Origin: an uncultured beta proteobacterium
GTDB lineage: Bacteria; Pseudomonadota; Gammaproteobacteria; Burkholderiales; Burkholderiaceae_E
DNA: 64,000 bases
Assembly: GCA_963849015.1 (NCBI GenBank)
Contig: CAWKFK010000018.1
Location: 161,232-225,231, forward strand
Reading direction: 5' to 3'
The position numbers were made by a program, and so were the translations under genes. Under the pieces are notes generated by a model. The model did no database searches. It worked only from the letters and a program-made list of their open reading frames with translations, and was not told the DNA's origin. Position 1 is the stretch's first letter; each line of letters opens with the position of its first letter. This document shows positions 23,463 to 33,564 of this stretch, one piece after another.

Positions 23463-25469
23463 TCAGCGCGCCGCGATCCGCTCCGGGTCCTGCGCGTCGA
23501 GCTGAAGGCGCTCGCGCTCTTCGCTCAGCTCCAGCCAGCGCGTCTCGTGGCCGTCACGTTCCCGCGCCAGCGCGGCGCGCTCGCGCGAAAGCTCGATCGC
23601 GCGCTGGTTGTCGCGGTACAGCAGCGGGTTGTTCATCTCGGTGTCGATGTCGCCGATGCGGCGCTCGATCGCCGGCAGTCGCTGTTCGATGCGGCGAAGT
23701 TCGTCCTCGACCGGCTTCAGGCGCACCGCGAGCTGCTGGCGGCGCAGGGCCTCCAGGCGGCGCTCCTCGCGGCGGTCGATCCGTGGCCCCGCGTCGGTGG
23801 CGGACGACGCGTCACGCGTTTCTCCTGCGGCGGCCGAGCCTCCGTTCCCGCCCCCGGCGGTACCGCCGCCGGCCCCCTTGCCTGAACTCGAGCGCTGCGC
23901 GGCGCCGCCCTTCTGCAGCCACGCGAGATAGTCGTCGAGGTCGCCGTCGAACGCCTCGGCGCGTCCGGCGTCGACCAGCACGAACTGGTCGACGCTGGCG
24001 CGCAGCAGGTAGCGGTCGTGAGACACGAGCAGCAGCGCGCCTTCGAAGTCGGCCAGTGCGTCGGTCAGCGCGTCACGCGTCGCGGCGTCGAGGTGGTTGG
24101 TGGGTTCGTCGAGCACCAGCAGGTGAGGGCGCGTGCGCACGATGCTGGCGAGCACCAGGCGCGCCTTCTCGCCGCCGGACATCGGACCGATCGGGCGCAG
24201 TGCATCCTGGTCCGAGAAGCCGAAGCGGCCGAGTTCGTCGCGCAGGGCCGCTTCGCGCGCGTCGGGCGCGAGGCGCTGGAAATACCTCAGGGGCGAGTCG
24301 TCCGCGCGCAGGCTGTCGACGCCGTGCTGGGCGAAGTAGCCGATGCGCAGCGATCGCGCCCGCTGGCATTCGCCGGCGATCGGCTCGAGCTCGCCCACGA
24401 GCGTGCGGATCAGCGTGCTCTTGCCGGCGCCGTTGCGGCCCAGCACGCCGATGCGGGCGCCGCGCCCGACCGTCAGGCGCACCCCGTTCAGCACCGGCAC
24501 GCCGGCGTAACCCGCCTGCAGCCCTTCGGCGACGATCAGCGGGTCGGGGGAGTCCTCGACCGGCGGGAGCTCGAAATCGACGCCGCGCTCCAGGCGTGCG
24601 GGGGCGGCGATCGCGAGCTTCTCCAGGGCCTTGATCCGGCTCTGCACCTGTCGCGCCTTCGTCGCCTGCGCACGGAAGCGATTGATGAAGGTCTCGAGGC
24701 GTTCGACACGCGCCTTCTGCTGAGCCTGCTGCTTCACGGCCTGAGACAGCCGCAGCGCGCGCATCGATTCGAAGGCCGAGTAGCCGCCGGCGTATCGCAC
24801 CAGCTTGCCGCTCTCGATCGACAAGGTCGCCTGCGCGATCCGGTCGAGGAAGTCACGGTCGTGGGAGACCGCGATCACGGTGCCCGGGTAGCGCAGCAGC
24901 CAGCGCTCGAACCAGACGATCGCATCGAGGTCGAGGTGGTTGGTCGGCTCGTCCAGCAGCAGCAGGTCGCTGGGCACGAACAGCGCGCGCGCCAGGTTCA
25001 GCCGCATGCGCCAGCCGCCCGACAGCGAGTCGACGCTCAGCTCGCTCTGGGCTTCGCCAAAGCCCAGGCCCGCGAGCAGCTCCTTGGTGCGGGAGCGGGC
25101 GTCCGCGTCGCCCGCGTGCAGCAGGCGTTCGTGCGCTTCGGCGATGCGCATGCCGTCGCCGGAATGGCCGGCTGCGACGGCGGCCGCCCGCGCGGACGTC
25201 AATTCATGGTCGGCGGCTTCGACGAACTGCCACGCCGGCCGATCGCCACCGGGCACCATCTGCTCGAGCCGCACGATGCGCATCGGCGGCATGTCGATCT
25301 CGCCGCCGTCGGGCGCGACGTCGCCGACCAGCGCGCCGAGCAGCGTCGACTTGCCGCTGCCGTTCGGCCCGACCAGTGCGATGCGCTCGCCCGGGGCAAT
25401 CGCGGCGTCGGCGCCGTCGAGCAGCGCACGGCCGCCCCGTGACAGCGTCAGGTGCTTGAAGCGGATCAT
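23463..25469 (-). CDS. ABC-F family ATPase (YheS-like), intact
   Basis: Two NBDs (GPNGSGKS/LSGGWRMR/LDEPTNHLD and GRNGAGKS/MSGGEKAR/LDEPTNHLD), no TM segments, C-terminal coiled coil. Confidence 0.9.
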   Translation of the reverse strand: MIRFKHLTLSRGGRALLDGADAAIAPGERIALVGPNGSGKSTLLGALVGDVAPDGGEIDMPPMRIVRLEQMVPGGDRPAWQFVEAADHELTSARAAAVAAGHSGDGMRIAEAHERLLHAGDADARSRTKELLAGLGFGEAQSELSVDSLSGGWRMRLNLARALFVPSDLLLLDEPTNHLDLDAIVWFERWLLRYPGTVIAVSHDRDFLDRIAQATLSIESGKLVRYAGGYSAFESMRALRLSQAVKQQAQQKARVERLETFINRFRAQATKARQVQSRIKALEKLAIAAPARLERGVDFELPPVEDSPDPLIVAEGLQAGYAGVPVLNGVRLTVGRGARIGVLGRNGAGKSTLIRTLVGELEPIAGECQRARSLRIGYFAQHGVDSLRADDSPLRYFQRLAPDAREAALRDELGRFGFSDQDALRPIGPMSGGEKARLVLASIVRTRPHLLVLDEPTNHLDAATRDALTDALADFEGALLLVSHDRYLLRASVDQFVLVDAGRAEAFDGDLDDYLAWLQKGGAAQRSSSGKGAGGGTAGGGNGGSAAAGETRDASSATDAGPRIDRREERRLEALRRQQLAVRLKPVEDELRRIEQRLPAIERRIGDIDTEMNNPLLYRDNQRAIELSRERAALARERDGHETRWLELSEERERLQLDAQDPERIAAR

Positions 25470-26469
25470 CGCGGCCCGGGCTTGTGGGCCGGGGTGCGGG
25501 TGCGCTTCAGCGCGGCCTGCAGCTGTTCGCGGCTGACCAGCACGAGCAGTTCCTCGCCGGCCGCGGTCGGCAGGTAGGAGAACTCCAGGTCCGGAAAGGC
25601 CGCTTCGAAGAACCTTGCCTCGTGACCGATCTCGAGCAGCAGCAGGCCGCCCGGCCGCAGGTGGCCGACCGCGCCGCTCAGAATCGGCCGCACCAGGTCC
25701 ATGCCGTCCGCGCCCCCGTCGAGTGCCGCACTGCGGCTCGGCGCGGAACTCCGCCGGCAGCGCGCGCATAGAGTCGCTGTTCACGTACGGCGGGTTGCAA
25801 ACGATCAGGTCGTAGCGGCGCCCGGCCAGCGGCTCGTACAGGTTCCCCTGGAAGAACTCGATGCGCTCGTCCAGGCCGAACAGGGTGCGGTTCTCGCGCG
25901 CCAGTGCCAGGGCGTCGGCGGACAGGTCGCTTGCATCGATGCACGCATCCGGGAAACGCAGCGCGGCGAGCACGGCGAGGCTGCCGCCGCCGGTGCACAG
26001 GTCGAGGATGTGCCCGGGCGCAGTGTCGCCGAGCCAGTCGTCGAGCGCTTCGTCGAGCGCCTCGGCGATCAGCGAGCGCGGCACCAGCGCACGCGCGTCG
26101 CAGCGGAAGCGGTGACCGCGCAGCCAGGCCTCGCCGGTCAGGTAGGCGGCCGGAATGCGCTCGCGGCAGCGGCGCTCGAACAGCCGGGCGACGGATGCGC
26201 GCTCGACGGCGGTGACGCGGGCATCGACGACCCGGTCGAGCTGATCGGGCGGCAGGTGCAGGCGCCCAGAGGACCAGCCAGACCGCCTCGTCCCAGGTGC
26301 TGCCGGTGCCGTGTCCGAATGCGACCTGTGCCGCCTCGAGACGCGTGCAGCCGAACCGGATCAGGTCCCGCACCGTGCGCAGTTCGCGCGCGGCGGCGCG
26401 CGCCGACGCAAGCGCACGCGGCGCGCGGGCCTGGCCGCCGGCGCGGCGCCGATTGCCCCGCGGCTTCAT
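25466..26469 (-). CDS. prmB: 50S protein L3 glutamine methyltransferase (frameshifts near 26265 and 25728)
   Basis: LRTVRDLIRF, FGHGT..WDEA, VPRSLIAE, LDLCTGGGSL, NPPYV, EIGHE. Confidence 0.9.
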
Positions 26470-26825
26470 CGGGCGTCGAAGGCCGCGCGCCAGGCGGGTT
26501 CCGAGAAGCCGATCAGCAGGAACTCGCCGGTCTCGAGAACCGGGCGCTTGACCAGGGTCGGTTCGGCCAGCATCACTTCGACGGCACTTGCCTGGTCGAC
26601 GACGTGCTGGCGCTGTTCGGGGGTCAGGCGCCGCCAGGTCGTTCCGCGCCGGTTCAGCAGCGAATCCCACGGCACGCGCGACAGCCAGCGCTCGAGCACC
26701 TCGCGCTCGAGTCCGTCGCGCCGGAAGTCGTGGAACCGGACCTCGATGCTCTGCGCGCGCAGCCACTGACGAGCGCGCCGCACCTGGTCGCAGTTGTCGA
26801 TGCCGAACAGCACGGAACCTTGCAT
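26466..26825 (-). CDS. ArsC/Spx/MgsR family protein (YffB-like)
   Basis: FGIDNCDQVRRARQWL, FHDFRRDG, LLNRRGTTWR, PTLVKRPVLE, IGFSE. Confidence 0.88.
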   Translation of the reverse strand: MQGSVLFGIDNCDQVRRARQWLRAQSIEVRFHDFRRDGLEREVLERWLSRVPWDSLLNRRGTTWRRLTPEQRQHVVDQASAVEVMLAEPTLVKRPVLETGEFLLIGFSEPAWRAAFDAR

Positions 26826-28007
26826 CAGACGTTCAGCAGGAAGTCCGAGAAGGAAGCGGCTTCGGCTTCCTGCTCCTTGACCGGGGGCACGGTCTGGAAC
26901 GCGTTGGACGTCGGCGCCGGCGCGTCGGCTCCCGGTCCCTGCGCCAGGCCGGCGTTTTCCAGCAGCCACAGCAGGTTGGTGGGCGAATCGGCGTTGGCCA
27001 GCGCATCCTCGCGGGTGATCACCTTGGAACGCACCAGCGCCAGCAGCGCCTGCTCGAACGTCTGCGAGCCGGGAGCGAGGCTCTTCTCCATCGCTTCCTT
27101 GACCTCGGTCAGGCGGCCTTGCTCGACGAGTTCGGCGACGTGCCGTGTATTGAGCAGCAGTTCCACCGCCGGAATCCGGCCGCCGCTGGCGCTGCGCACC
27201 AGGCGCTGCGACACGATGCCCTTCAGGGTGGCGGACAGGTCGGCCAGCATCACCCGGCGGTTCTCCGGCTGGTAGAAGCTGATGATCCGGTTCAGCGCGT
27301 TGTTGGCGTTGTTGGCGTGCAGCGTCGAGAGCACCAGGTGGCCCGACTGCGGCATAGGCGATCGCCGCCGACATCGTCTCGATGTCGCGGATCTCGCCGA
27401 TCAGAATGCAGTCGGGCGCCTGGCGCATCGCGTTCTTCAGCGCCGGTCGCCAGCGAGTCGGTGTCGGTGCCGATCTGGCGCTGGTTCACGATCGAGCGTT
27501 TGTTGCGGAACGTGAACTCGATCGGATCCTCGAACGTCAGGATGTGCCCCGAGCGGTTGTTCGTTGCGGTAGTCGATCATCGACGCCAGCGTCGTCGACT
27601 TGCCGGACCCGGTCGAACCGACGACCAGCACCAGGCCGCGCTTCTCCATGATCAGGTCGTTCAGCACCGACGGCAGGTTCAGGTTCGTCGAAGCGCGGGA
27701 TGTCGCCCGGGATGTAGCGGATCACGCAACCGGGCGACCCGCGCTGCTGGAACACGTTGATGCGGAAGCTGCCGACGTCGCGCAGGCTGTAGCCGGTGTT
27801 CAGCTCGCGCCGTTCGACGAATTCGTTCCACTGCCGCTCGCTGAGGACCTCCCGCACCAGCGCTTCGACGGCGGCCGAGTCGAGCTTCTGTTGATTCACC
27901 GGGATCGCGACACCGTTGATCTTGATGTTGATCGGCGAGCCGACCGACAGGAAGAGGTCGGAGGCCTTCTTGTCGGCCATCAGCTTGAACAGGCGTTCCA
28001 TCACCAT
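26825..28007 (-). CDS. pilU: PilU-type type IV pilus retraction ATPase (frameshifts)
   Basis: KKASDLFLS, GSTGSGKSTTLASMID, RQAPDCILIGEIRD, STLHANNA, GSQTFEQAL. Confidence 0.85.
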
Positions 28008-28041
28008 GGGGCGCGACTCCGTCGTTCCGGTTGCCGCAGGC

Positions 28042-28210
28042 TCGCTCGCCGCGCGGCAGTTGCTTGGTTCCGGTGGTCGTGCGGGCGCTGACAGCCACCC
28101 CCCACGACTTCCCCGGCACAGGCCCCGATGTTCACACACGAGCGCATCCGCTCCACCCCGTGTCCGATGAACGCTCCCGGACGGGCCACCGCCGGAGGCA
28201 CTACGGGCAC
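28042..28210 (-). pseudogene. dapD: Decayed relic of dapD (THDP N-succinyltransferase)
   Basis: 28204-28109 translates VVPPAVARPGAFIGHGVERMRSCVNIGACAGE; the E. coli DapD segment as I recall it is [32 protein letters not shown] (18 of 32 identical by eye). 28092-28042 gives VSARTTTGTKQLPRGE, weakly like the DapD C-terminus. It lies immediately after dapC. Confidence 0.78.
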
Positions 28211-28228
28211 TGCGGTTCGCCCCGCGGG

Positions 28229-29422
28229 TCAGCGCGCCGCGACGAAGCTGCGGATGCGCTCGGCCGCCTCGACGCACTGCGCCAGCGGTTCGACCACCGC
28301 CAGCCGCACGAATCCACGCCCCGGATTCCGGCCGCCGACGTCGCGGGCGAGATAGCTGCCGGGCAGGGTGAGCACATTATATTGGCGGTACAGCTCCCGC
28401 ACGAACCACTCGTCGTCGCCGCCGGGCACGGCCGCCCAGAAGTAGAAGCCCGCTTCCGGACGCGCCGTGCGCAGCGCACCGGCGAGCAGCGGCTCGAGCG
28501 CATCGAACTTCTCGCGATACTGGCGGCGGTTGTCGCGCACGTGGCCCTCGTCGTTCCAGGCAGCGATCGATGCCGCCTGGACCGGCGGGCTCATCGCGCT
28601 GCCGTGGTAGGTGCGGTACAGAAGAAACGCCCGCAGCAGCTCGGCGTCGCCGGCGACGAACCCCGAGCGCATCCCGGGGACGTTCGAGCGTTTCGACAGG
28701 CTCGAGAACACCATCAGCCGCCGATAGTCGGACCGGCCGAGCGCCCGCGCGGCCTGCAGAGCGCCCAACGGCGGCGCGGCCTCGTCGAAGTAGATCTCCG
28801 AGTAGCACTCGTCGGCAGCGATCGCGAAGCCGTGGCGATCGGAGAGCTCGAACAACAGGCGCCACTCGTCGAGGGTCATCACGGCCCCGGTCGGATTGCC
28901 GGGCGAGCAAACGTAGAGCAGCTGCGTTCGCCGCCAGGCCGCTTCGTCGATCGCCGCCCAGTCGCAGCGAAAGTCGTTGTCGGGCGACTGCTCGACGAAG
29001 TACGGTGTCGCGCCGGCCAGCAGGGCCGCACCCTCGTAGATCTGATAGAAGGGGTTCGGGCAGACGACCAGCGCTCCGGGCGATCCGTCGACCACCGTCT
29101 GCGCGAACGCGAACAGGGCTTCCCGCGAACCGTTGATCGGCAGCACCTGGGAGGCGGGATCGGGTTCCGGGACGCCGTAGCGTCGCCCGATCCACGCGGC
29201 GATGGCCTCGCGCAGCGCGGGGCTGCCCGCGGTCGCCGGGTAGCTGGCCAGGCCGGGCAGTGCCGCCGCGAGAGCGCCGGTGATCAGCGCCGGCGTGGCG
29301 TGCTTCGGCTCCCCGATCGACAGGTTCAGCGGCGCCAGCGCCGGGTCGGGCGTGACCTTGTCGAGCAGGGCGCGAAGCCGCTCGAACGGGTACGGTTGCA
29401 GCGTGGCGAGTCGCGGGTTCAC
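28229..29422 (-). CDS. dapC: Succinyldiaminopimelate transaminase DapC (fold-type I PLP), intact
   Basis: LQPYPFERL, NLSIGEPKH, NGSREALF, PNPFYQIYEGAA, DECYSEIYF, SLSKRSNVPGMRSG, YRTYHGSAM. Confidence 0.92.
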   Translation of the reverse strand: MNPRLATLQPYPFERLRALLDKVTPDPALAPLNLSIGEPKHATPALITGALAAALPGLASYPATAGSPALREAIAAWIGRRYGVPEPDPASQVLPINGSREALFAFAQTVVDGSPGALVVCPNPFYQIYEGAALLAGATPYFVEQSPDNDFRCDWAAIDEAAWRRTQLLYVCSPGNPTGAVMTLDEWRLLFELSDRHGFAIAADECYSEIYFDEAAPPLGALQAARALGRSDYRRLMVFSSLSKRSNVPGMRSGFVAGDAELLRAFLLYRTYHGSAMSPPVQAASIAAWNDEGHVRDNRRQYREKFDALEPLLAGALRTARPEAGFYFWAAVPGGDDEWFVRELYRQYNVLTLPGSYLARDVGGRNPGRGFVRLAVVEPLAQCVEAAERIRSFVAAR

Positions 29423-29483
29423 TGTTGATACGAAGGGTTTGAAACCTTCTCCAAATGCATGATTATATTAGGTAATCGCGTTT

Positions 29484-29900
29484 TCAGCGCTGACTGGAAC
29501 CGGGCGCGAACTGCTCCAGTTCGACGCGCGGCTGGGGCTTCCAGCCACGCTTGCGGTGCTCGACGACGACGTTGGTGAAGATGCCGCCGCGTACGTACCA
29601 GCGGGCGGTGACGCGCATGAAGCGCGGCTTCAGGCGTCCGGCGAGGTCGCCGAGCACACGGTTCGTGACCGCCTCGTGGAAGGCGCCCTCGTCGCGGAAC
29701 GACCACATGTACAGCTTCAGACTCTTCAATTCGACGTTGAGGCGGTCGGGGATGTAGTCGATCACGAAGGTCGCGAAGTCGGGCTGGCCGGTCAGCGGAC
29801 ACAGGCAGGTGAACTCGGGGACTTCGATGTGGACGAGGTAGTCGCGCTCCGGATTCGGGTTCGCGAACGTGTCGATGGTCTTGGTCGGCTTCGAAGGCAT
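29484..29900 (-). CDS. queF: PreQ0 nitrile reductase QueF, short unimodular type (138 aa)
   Basis: [16 protein letters not shown] catalytic Cys/Asp, [14 protein letters not shown] QueF motif, FHEAVTN, VRGGIFT. Confidence 0.93.
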   Translation of the reverse strand: MPSKPTKTIDTFANPNPERDYLVHIEVPEFTCLCPLTGQPDFATFVIDYIPDRLNVELKSLKLYMWSFRDEGAFHEAVTNRVLGDLAGRLKPRFMRVTARWYVRGGIFTNVVVEHRKRGWKPQPRVELEQFAPGSSQR

Positions 29901-29924
29901 TGGCGGGGGCTGGAGAGGGGCGAG

Positions 29925-29934
29925 TGCTATTATA
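29925..29934. promoter_or_regulatory. Overlapping divergent -10 boxes between queF and smc
   Basis: Plus strand TG-C-TATTAT (29925-29933); minus strand TATAAT (29934-29929). Confidence 0.5.
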
Positions 29935-29972
29935 CGAAGCGTTCGGTCGGTCGATCCGGCCGGCGCTGCGCA

Positions 29973-29999
29973 GGGCCGCCGTGGCGGCTCTTTTGTTTT
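29973..29999 (+). terminator. Terminator-like hairpin with U-tract upstream of smc
   Basis: GGGCCGC-CGTG-GCGGCTC followed by TTTTGTTTT. Confidence 0.5.
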
Positions 30000-30038
30000 C
30001 TCAGGCCGGGCTTCGCCGCGGCCTCCGGGGTATCGCGC

Positions 30039-33000
30039 GTGCGGCTCAAACAGATCAAGCTGGCTGGGTTCAAGTCGTTCGTCGATCCGACTTCCTTCGA
30101 GGTGCCGGGCCAGCTGGTGGGGGTCGTCGGACCGAACGGCTGCGGCAAGTCCAACATCATGGACGCGGTGCGCTGGGTGCTGGGCGAGTCGAGGGCGTCC
30201 GAGCTGCGCGGCGAGTCGATGCAGGACGTGATCTTCAGCGGTTCGTCCGAGCGCAAGCCGGCGTCGCGCGCCTCCGTCGAGCTGGTCTTCGACAACAGCA
30301 TGGGCCGCATCGGCGGCAGCTGGGGCAGCTACGCCGAGATCGCCGTCAAGCGCGTGCTGACCCGCGACGGCCAGTCCACCTACTACGTCAACAACCAGCA
30401 GGTCCGCCGCAAGGACGTGCACGACATCTTCCTCGGCACCGGCCTGGGGCCGCGCGCGTACGCGATCATCGGCCAGGGCATGATCTCGCGGATCATCGAG
30501 GCGCGTCCCGAAGACCTGCGCGTGTTTCTCGAGGAGGCGGCCGGCATCTCCCGCTACAAGGAGCGGCGGCGCGAGACCGAGAACCGGCTGGCCGACACGC
30601 GCGAAAACCTGACCCGCGTCGAGGACATCCTGCGCGAGCTCGGCAGCCAGATCGACCGTCTCGAGCGCCAGGCCGAGGTCGCGCAGCAGTACCGCCAGCT
30701 CGAGGCCGAGCGTGCGGGGCGCCAGGCCCTGCTGTGGATGGTGCGCCGCGACGAGGCCGCCGCCGAGCAGGCGAATCTCGCCGGGCAGGCGCGGACGGCC
30801 GCGACGCAGCTCGAGTCGCGCCTCGCCGACCTGCGGGCGCTGGAGGCCGAGACCGAGGAGCTGCGCAGCGCGCACTATGCTGCCGGCGACGAGGTGCACG
30901 CCGCGCAGGGCCGGTTCTACGACGCGAACTCGGAGGTTGGCCGGCTCGAATCCGAGATCCGCTTCGTCCTCGAGTCGCAGGGGCAGCTCGGCCAGCGCAT
31001 TTCGGCACTCGCCGATCAGGAGCGCCGTGCGCGCGAGGACGGTGAGCAGGCCCGCGCCGAACTGGTCGCGGCGCACGAACAGATCGGACACGCGCGGGCC
31101 TCGTCCGACGAACTCGCCGAGCGCGTGCTCACCCTCGGCGAGCAACTGCCGGCGCTCGAAACCGCGCTGCGCGACGCGCGTACCGCGCTCGAGCAGTCGC
31201 GTGGCGCGGCGCTGCAGGTCCGGCAGTCGATCGAGCTGTCCGCGACCCGGCGCCGTGCCGCCGAACAGGCGTGCGCGGCCGCCGAGCGCCGCCGCGAGCG
31301 GCTGCAGTCCGAGGGCAGCCAGGTGCAGGCGCCCGAAGAGTCCGAACTGGAGGAGTCCCGGATCGCGGTCGCGGAGTGCGAGGAGACCGAGCACCTCACC
31401 GGCGAGGCGCAGTCGCAAGCCGAGGAGGCCTGGCGTGCCGCCGATGCGCGCCGCACGCCGGCGCAGCAGGCGCTGCGCGCAGCCGAGGCCAAGAGCACGC
31501 AGATCGAGGCGCGCATCTCGGCGCTGAGACAGCTGCAGGAGCGTGCGCAGAGCCAGGCGCGGATCGTGCCCTGGCTGAACCGCCACGGGCTGGCCTCGAT
31601 GGCCCGCTTGTGGCAGCGCCTGCGGATCGAGGAGGGCTGGGAGTCGGCGATCGAGTCGGTGCTGCGCGAGCGTGTCGAGGCGCTCGAGGTCGGTCGGCTC
31701 GAGAATGTGGCCGGCCTGTGCGCCGACGCGCCGCCGGCCAAGGTCGCCTTTTTCTCGGCGCAGCCGGTCGCAGCGGCCGCGGCCGCGACCGGCATGCGTC
31801 CGCTGCTCGAGGTTGTGCGGGCGACCGAGGCCGGGCTGCAGTCGCTGCTGTCCGACTGGCTGCACGGACTCTACGCGGCCGATTCGATCGAGGTCGCGGT
31901 CGCGCGCCGCAGCGAGCTCGCCCCCGGAACCCGCCTGGTGACGCGCGAGGGCCATGTGGTTTCGCGGATGTCGATCCAGATGTACGCCCCCGACTCCGAG
32001 CAGGAAGGCCTGCTCGTGCGCCAGCACGAGCTCGAGAACCTGGCGCGCGAGCTGCGGGCCCAGCAGCTGCTGGCCGACGATGCGCGCGGCGAGGCGGCGA
32101 GGGCCGAATCGCAGGCCGCCGAGGCGTCCGCGCGCATGGCGGCCGCCCGCGACGCGCACACCGCAGCGGTGCGCAGGCTCGCGTCGGTGCGGCTCGAGGC
32201 CCAGCGTGTCGAGCAGCTGTTCGAGCGCGCCCGCCAGACCCGCGGGCGCATCGAGCACGAGCTCGCCGAGGTCACGCACGCCATCGAGGACGCCACCCGC
32301 GCCATCGAGGAGGAGAGCGCGGCGTTCGAGGAGCTCGACGTCGCGCTGGCCGAACGCCAGCAGCAGGCCGAAGAACTCGCGCTGGCCTTCGAAGCGGCGG
32401 AGCGATCGCTCGCCGCGCGGCGCGACGACCTGCGGCAGGCCGAGCGCGACGCGCAGGAGGCGTCGTTCGCGACCCGCGAGATCCAGGGACGCATCGAGCG
32501 CCTGGAGCGCGCGATCGAACAGGCCGCACTGCTCGAACAGCAGAGCCGGGCGGAGCGCGAGCAGTGCGACGCCCGGCTCGCCGAGCTGTCGGACGCGGGC
32601 GCGCGCGCCACGCTCGACGCGGCGCTGCAGTCGCGGGTCCTTGCCGAACAGGCGCTGTCGGCGGCGCGGCAGCGGCTCGACGATCTGACCCGCACGCTGA
32701 AGGCACGCGACGAGAGCCGGATGACGATCGAGCGCGAGCAGGAGCCGCTGCGCCAGCGCGTCACCGACTTCCAGCTGCGCGAGCAGGCGGCGCGCCTGAA
32801 CGCCGAGCAGTTCGCCGCGCAGCTCGCCGAGGCCCGGGTCGACGAGCAGGCGGTGCTCGCGCAGTTCGTCGGCGAAGGCGGCGCGCTGCCCAGGGCGTCG
32901 TGGCTGCAGGGCGAGGTCACGCGGCTGGCGAACGCGGTCGCCGCGCTCGGCGCAGTCAACCTGGCCGCTCTCGACGAGCTCGCCGCGGCCTCCGAGCGCA

Positions 33001-33564
33001 AGGGCTTCCTCGATGCCCAGTCGGCCGACCTGAACGAAGCCATCGCTACGCTCGAGGACGCGATCTCGAAGATCGACCGCGAGACCCGCGAACTGCTGCA
33101 GCAGACCTACGACACGGTCAATCGCGAGTTCGGCCGCCTGTTCCCGGAGCTGTTCGGCGGCGGCGAAGCCCGCCTGATCCTCACCGGCGGCGAGATCCTC
33201 GACGCGGGCGTGCAGGTGATGGCGCAGCCGCCGGGCAAGCGGAACACCTCGATCCATCTGCTGTCGGGCGGCGAGAAGGCCCTGACGGCGATCGCGCTGG
33301 TGTTCGCGATGTTCCAGCTCAATCCGGCGCCGTTCTGCCTGCTCGACGAGGTCGACGCGCCGCTGGACGACGCGAACACCGAGCGCTATTGCGATATGGT
33401 TCGGCGCATGTCGGACCAGACACAATTCCTGTTCATCACCCACAACAAGATTGCGATGGAACTCGCGCAGCAGCTCGTCGGCGTCACGATGCAGGAGCGC
33501 GGAGTCTCGCAGGATCGTGGCGGTCGATCTCGAGTCCGCTGCGCGCATCGCCGAGGCAGCCTGA
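30039..33564 (+). CDS. smc: Chromosome segregation protein SMC (one indel near 33511)
   Basis: [28 protein letters not shown], long coiled coils, [24 protein letters not shown]. Confidence 0.96.

Noticed and set aside
23449-23478. 14-bp tandem duplication of the ABC-F stop region
   Set aside because: It only duplicates the last codons and stop, with no downstream gene coupled to it; probably neutral slippage.
23463-27428. Apparent PrmB-ABC-F and PilU-ArsC fusions
   Set aside because: Both arise from single indels, and each partner has its own overlapping start/stop junction (25466-25469 and around 26825).
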